Source: a virus | IMG/VR virus record: IMGVR_UViG_3300045988_137238 | Location: 1 to 37,046 of that record | Length of the DNA: 37,046 nucleotides | Reading direction: 5' to 3' (one strand) | Part shown: positions 34,180-37,046 of the stretch, one piece after another | Layout of the letters: the number at the start of each line of letters is the position of its first letter | Numbering within the stretch: position 1 is the first letter of the stretch | Notes under the pieces: model-generated | The model's database searches: none | What the model was told of the DNA's origin: nothing | Seen by the model: the letters and a program-made list of their open reading frames with translations, nothing else | Position numbers and translations under genes: made by a program

Positions 34180-34638
34180 TTAGTTATGCGAGATGCTCCC
34201 ATCATCCCCGACGGTGGCCGTGTAGCCATCTCCGGAAAATGTCCAGCCGTTGGAAGTCCTCGTTGCCTGCAAGTCGCCGTTAGCACCACCAAGCATTGCA
34301 CGGGCCTGGTCCTCAGTAGTGGGGCCGTCGTTCTGAGCCGCCTGATCACGAGCCTGCTGCTGGCTACTCCAAGCATCTGGCTGTGAGCTCTCACTAGATT
34401 GGGTGGATTGGACGCTCGAAGACTGACTTTGGGCTTGCTGATTGGTCTGACTAGTAGAACTAGATGAAGATACGGACGAGCTCTGGGGCTTTTGGTGACG
34501 CTTCTTGTGGTGGTGCTCAACTACCTTGGTAGATGAACTACTGCTTGCCTTATGTGACTGCTGTGACGCCAGATTGTTGCAGGCTGAAAGTGACATACCG
34601 ACTAACAGTGTGGCACAAACTAAGCCTATCTTTTTCAT
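34180..34638 (-). CDS. Lipoprotein with S/Q-rich linker (superinfection-exclusion candidate)
   Basis: ATG 34638 lies 6 nt after GGGAGGA. MKKIGLVCATLLVGMSLSAC has a signal peptide with an L-S-A-C lipobox, then a low-complexity S/Q region and a small C-terminal domain. Confidence 0.7.
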   Translation of the reverse strand: MKKIGLVCATLLVGMSLSACNNLASQQSHKASSSSSTKVVEHHHKKRHQKPQSSSVSSSSSTSQTNQQAQSQSSSVQSTQSSESSQPDAWSSQQQARDQAAQNDGPTTEDQARAMLGGANGDLQATRTSNGWTFSGDGYTATVGDDGSISHN

Positions 34639-34645
34639 ACATAAT

Positions 34646-34684
34646 CCTCCCACTAGCTTTTAACGTCGATCAGGGTTGGACGTA
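34646..34684 (-). repeat. 39-nt leader repeat, copy B (35/39 identical to 32537..32575)
   Basis: cctcccactagcttttaacgtcgatcagggttggacgta, in the same orientation as copy A. It occupies the intergenic gap between the membrane-protein stop (34693) and the lipoprotein start. Confidence 0.85.
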
Positions 34685-34692
34685 GGATTTTT

Positions 34693-35220
34693 TTATTTGT
34701 ACAGTTTGACCCCGCCGCTTAACGTCATGCGTGCAACCGGATTGCCGTTTTGGTCGTAAAACGATACCGGCGCATTAGCGTTGTGGCTTTCGAGCAGACT
34801 GATCACACTGCCGTAGACTTCTTTTTGCTCGTTGTCGGTCATGGCGGCAACACTGTTAGGCACGGTTACGTAAAACTGGCTGTCTTTGTAGGCAATCTTA
34901 AAGCCGTTAAGTGTAGAGTTGCTCGCCATTTGACTGGTCAGATTCTTTGCCAGCGCGGTGTATGTAGCGTCATCCATAGCCTGGTCGCGTGATTCGCTCT
35001 TAGATTCCGAGATTGACTCGGACTTGGCCTTTTTAGACGACGCAATTGACGACGATTCTGCTGCCCGTTGCTTATCCACATTATCAGCGTGGGTAAAACC
35101 GATGATAGTCACACCGACCACCGCTAAGAGCAGAGCACTGATTTTACCGCCTTTACGTTCACGGTTGCGTATCCAGTACCAGACGGCAAGCAGCAAAAAA
35201 AGAAAACCTAAAATCATCAT
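34693..35220 (-). CDS. Membrane-anchored extracytoplasmic protein (175 aa)
   Basis: SD AAGGAG with 9-nt spacing. Two N-terminal hydrophobic segments, an S/E/K-rich linker and a globular C-terminus. Confidence 0.65.
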   Translation of the reverse strand: MMILGFLFLLLAVWYWIRNRERKGGKISALLLAVVGVTIIGFTHADNVDKQRAAESSSIASSKKAKSESISESKSESRDQAMDDATYTALAKNLTSQMASNSTLNGFKIAYKDSQFYVTVPNSVAAMTDNEQKEVYGSVISLLESHNANAPVSFYDQNGNPVARMTLSGGVKLYK

Positions 35221-35226
35221 AAATAA

Positions 35227-35685
35227 TCACTCCTTAGTTAAATTTATGGTCTGACGTAAATCAAACCAGTAACCCCCATGTTTAAACAAAAGGCCGTACT
35301 TAGTACGATAATTAATAATTGCTTGGTAAAGATACTTTTCGGTCACGCCAAAATAGTCAGCGATATCCTGTGATGTCCACAGATCATGCTCATAACAGTA
35401 GATCAGACCATCAAGTGTCACGGCCCGCATCATAGCGACTGATCGTGCCAGGCGTTCTTGTTTACAGTCAGAACAGTCTGAGTACTGAGAGATGTCACCA
35501 ACGGTATAGTCATAGTGTGCAAACTCCTCATGTAACACTTGATACTTTTCCCGTGATTCAAGGTGATCGTTGATATAGATATCGCCATCAAGCAGCAGTC
35601 CGCCAAAATGGCCAGGGATTTTTTGGTGGATAAAGATAATGTGGATTGTAGGACGACTGCTTGCCAACTCTTCAAATTTATCCAT
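35227..35685 (-). CDS. ImmA/IrrE-family zinc metallopeptidase (anti-repressor protease)
   Basis: 152 aa with the HEEFAH (HExxH) motif, located immediately downstream of the XRE repressor. Confidence 0.75.
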   Translation of the reverse strand: MDKFEELASSRPTIHIIFIHQKIPGHFGGLLLDGDIYINDHLESREKYQVLHEEFAHYDYTVGDISQYSDCSDCKQERLARSVAMMRAVTLDGLIYCYEHDLWTSQDIADYFGVTEKYLYQAIINYRTKYGLLFKHGGYWFDLRQTINLTKE

Positions 35686-35697
35686 AAAATCGCCTGC

Positions 35698-36033
35698 CTA
35701 GTGTTTGCGTGCCTTTTTAAGGTTTTCAATAAAGTTGATGATCTGCTGGCGTTCAGATTCTGGCGTATCATCGTCGATATGAGCCGCAATCGTGTCAGCA
35801 GCATAGTTAGTTTTGTTTTCGTTATTTTCGCTTGTCAGATAAGAGATAGTCACGTGATAGTGCTCCGCCAGTTTCTGCAGAGATCCTGAGCGGGGCATTT
35901 TTCTACCATGCTGCCAATCAGACACAGTTGAGTAGGCAACACCGATTCGGTCAGACAGCTGCGATAGATTTTCACCATTAGCTTTCATCAAGGCGTTTAG
36001 GTTTGTTGAGAAAATTTTTGTAATGTCTTCCAT
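35698..36033 (-). CDS. cI-like XRE-family HTH repressor (no S24 peptidase domain)
   Basis: 111 aa. NLNALMKANGENLSQLSDRIGVAYSTVSDWQHGRKMPRSGSLQKLAEHYHVTISYL is an HTH_3 pattern. Divergent from the cro-like gene. Confidence 0.8.
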   Translation of the reverse strand: MEDITKIFSTNLNALMKANGENLSQLSDRIGVAYSTVSDWQHGRKMPRSGSLQKLAEHYHVTISYLTSENNENKTNYAADTIAAHIDDDTPESERQQIINFIENLKKARKH

Positions 36034-36167
36034 TTTATGTCACTCCTTTATGTAGTTTATTATACACTAAAAGCGAAAAAAGTTTTTGCTTTTTACAAAA
36101 AAATGTTTTCATTTCGCTAAAAGCGTGATATTATAGGAAATGTTAAAAGGAAGGAGGTGTTAATCAG
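36034..36167. promoter_or_regulatory. Genetic switch region: divergent promoters and two operator sites
   Basis: The operators are 17-mers built on TTTCGCT-nnn-AGCGAAA: atacactaaaagcgaaa (36062-36078) and tttcgctaaaagcgtga (36112-36128). The plus-strand promoter candidate is TTTTCA (36106-36111)-17-TATTAT (36129-34), with an operator filling the spacer. The minus-strand -10 is TATAAT (36059-36064), overlapped by the other operator. Confidence 0.55.
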
Positions 36168-36404
36168 ATGCCAACTTATGTACCGCAAGAAGCAAAGCAT
36201 ACGATCCGTGATCTGCGGATCCGCGCCAACATGTCGCAAGCGGGCGCTGCTAAAGCTTTGGGAATTTCAGAGCCAACACTGCGAAAATGGGAAAACGATT
36301 CAAGTTCATTAACGTTCCGTGATATGCAACGGATCGCTGAGCTGTACAATATTCCACTGGACTATATTTTTTTTGGCCCAAATAACGCTTTTAGCGAAAA
36401 ATAA
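36168..36404 (+). CDS. Cro-like XRE-family HTH regulator
   Basis: 78 aa, SD aaggaggtg. IRDLRIRANMSQAGAAKALGISEPTLRKWENDSS is an HTH_3 pattern. Confidence 0.8.
   Translation: MPTYVPQEAKHTIRDLRIRANMSQAGAAKALGISEPTLRKWENDSSSLTFRDMQRIAELYNIPLDYIFFGPNNAFSEK
36383..36399. promoter_or_regulatory. Third operator-like site at the 3' end of the cro-like gene
   Basis: taacgcttttagcgaaa has the same CGCT-nnn-AGCG core and AGCGAAA arm as the two switch operators. It lies just upstream of the Rha SD. Confidence 0.45.
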
Positions 36405-36417
36405 GGAGATGCTTAAA

Positions 36418-37046
36418 TTGGAAAACCAAGTAGAAATTATCAAGCAGGTAAACGATCAGGAGGTTATGGATAGCCGGGACGTTGCGAAGATGATCGGAAA
36501 AACTCACGCACATTTAATGCGTGACATTGACCGTTATATCAATGATATGGAGCACGATCCAAAATTGGATTCTGCTCAATTCTTCATTGAATCAAGCTAT
36601 ATCGACCCAAATAAGCGAGATCGGCCCTGCTACCTGCTAACGAAACAAGGTTGCGAGTTCGTGGCCAACAAGCTGACCGGCAAGAAGGGGACGATCTTCA
36701 CAGCTACCTATGTTGGACTGTTTAACGAGTACCAAGCTGAACATAACGGTAAGACAGTCGCAATTGACAGTGGTCTGGAGCATGAAAAGCTCGCGTACAA
36801 GCGAGAATGGCTGATTGAAATGCGCAAGCAGAACGTCAACAAGGCACACGAGCTGCGCAATCAAGACGTCAAGCTGTATCTGGAGCTTGGCAAAGTTGCT
36901 GACGATTACCAGCGACCACGTATGGCCACCGACTTCCGCAACGAAGCAATTCGCGCCATGTCGGCACTGCCGGTCGGTGCACGCCGAGAGTATTCAGCAA
37001 CCGAGATTGGCAACATCATTGGCGTGTCGCCGATTGCGATTGGCAA
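36418..37046 (+). CDS. Rha-family phage regulatory protein, N-terminal part (continues at 1..197)
   Basis: TTG 36418 lies 9 nt after aaggag. An in-frame ATG at 36409 abuts the SD. MENQVEIIKQVNDQEVMDSRDVAKMIGKTHAHLMRDIDRYI...CYLLTKQGCEFVANKLTGKKG fits the Phage_pRha pattern. The total is 771 nt (256 aa) once the overlap is collapsed. Confidence 0.75.
   Translation, partial: MENQVEIIKQVNDQEVMDSRDVAKMIGKTHAHLMRDIDRYINDMEHDPKLDSAQFFIESSYIDPNKRDRPCYLLTKQGCEFVANKLTGKKGTIFTATYVGLFNEYQAEHNGKTVAIDSGLEHEKLAYKREWLIEMRKQNVNKAHELRNQDVKLYLELGKVADDYQRPRMATDFRNEAIRAMSALPVGARREYSATEIGNIIGVSPIAIG
36992..37046 (+). repeat. Terminal overlap, copy 2 (identical to 1..55)
   Basis: Exact 55-nt match read directly. 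Most simply an assembler overlap of a circular or circularised molecule. Confidence 0.95.

Larger units (their letters stand above)
1..37046. mobile_element. Complete temperate siphovirus-type phage / excised prophage genome, circularly closed by a 55-nt terminal overlap
   Basis: Canonical module order: int, cI-like/ImmA, cro-like, Rha; RecT, nuclease, SSB, initiator; late regulator; HNH-TerS-TerL-portal-protease/capsid; head-tail joining; tail, TMP, Dit, Tal, RBP; holin-endolysin; attP. One ORF (Rha) reads across the window ends in frame. Confidence 0.85.

Noticed and set aside
34107-34520. 137-aa minus-strand ORF and 85-aa plus-strand ORF overlapping the lipoprotein gene
   Set aside because: These are alternative frames of the S/Q-rich repeat region. 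The lipoprotein frame has an SD, a signal peptide and a lipobox.

Overview
The window is a complete temperate siphovirus genome of Lactobacillaceae type. It is circularly closed: nt 1-55 are identical to nt 36992-37046, leaving about 36,991 bp of unique sequence.

Plus strand, in order:
- a Rha-family regulator that spans the window junction, a DUF771/Xis-like protein and small membrane ORFs
- RecT, a PD-(D/E)XK exonuclease, a frame-broken SSB, and an HTH replication initiator with iterons and an AT-rich tract inside the gene
- an ArpU-like late regulator
- a ~430-nt non-coding gap holding a tRNA-like element that lacks the anticodon arm, a chain of hairpins and a strong terminator
- an AT-rich membrane-anchored moron ORF
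- HNH, TerS (P27), TerL, portal, a prohead protease fused in frame to an HK97-type capsid protein, and head-tail joining genes
- major tail protein and a G/GT chaperone pair with an A_AAA_AAG -1 slip site
- tape measure (SLT domain), Dit, Tal (N-terminal GH43-like propeller plus NlpC/P60), and a 1101-aa fibre/RBP with an S74 chaperone domain
- small knob-like ORFs, membrane proteins, an LL-H holin, a GH25 endolysin and the attP region

Minus strand: tyrosine integrase, then lysogeny-side cargo, then an ImmA-like protease and a cI-like repressor facing a cro-like gene across an operator-rich switch.

The strongest candidates for something new are:
1. an AT-rich two-gene unit with its own promoter and terminator. 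It encodes an Abi_2/HEPN protein (R-x4-H) plus a 2TM, coiled-coil, zinc-ribbon partner. A leader hairpin occludes the abi Shine-Dalgarno, and 39-nt direct repeats bracket the neighbouring cargo.
2. the anticodon-arm-less tRNA-like element with its structured RNA and terminator, followed by an orphan membrane ORF.

All functional calls come from reading the translations and motifs by eye. No database search was possible.
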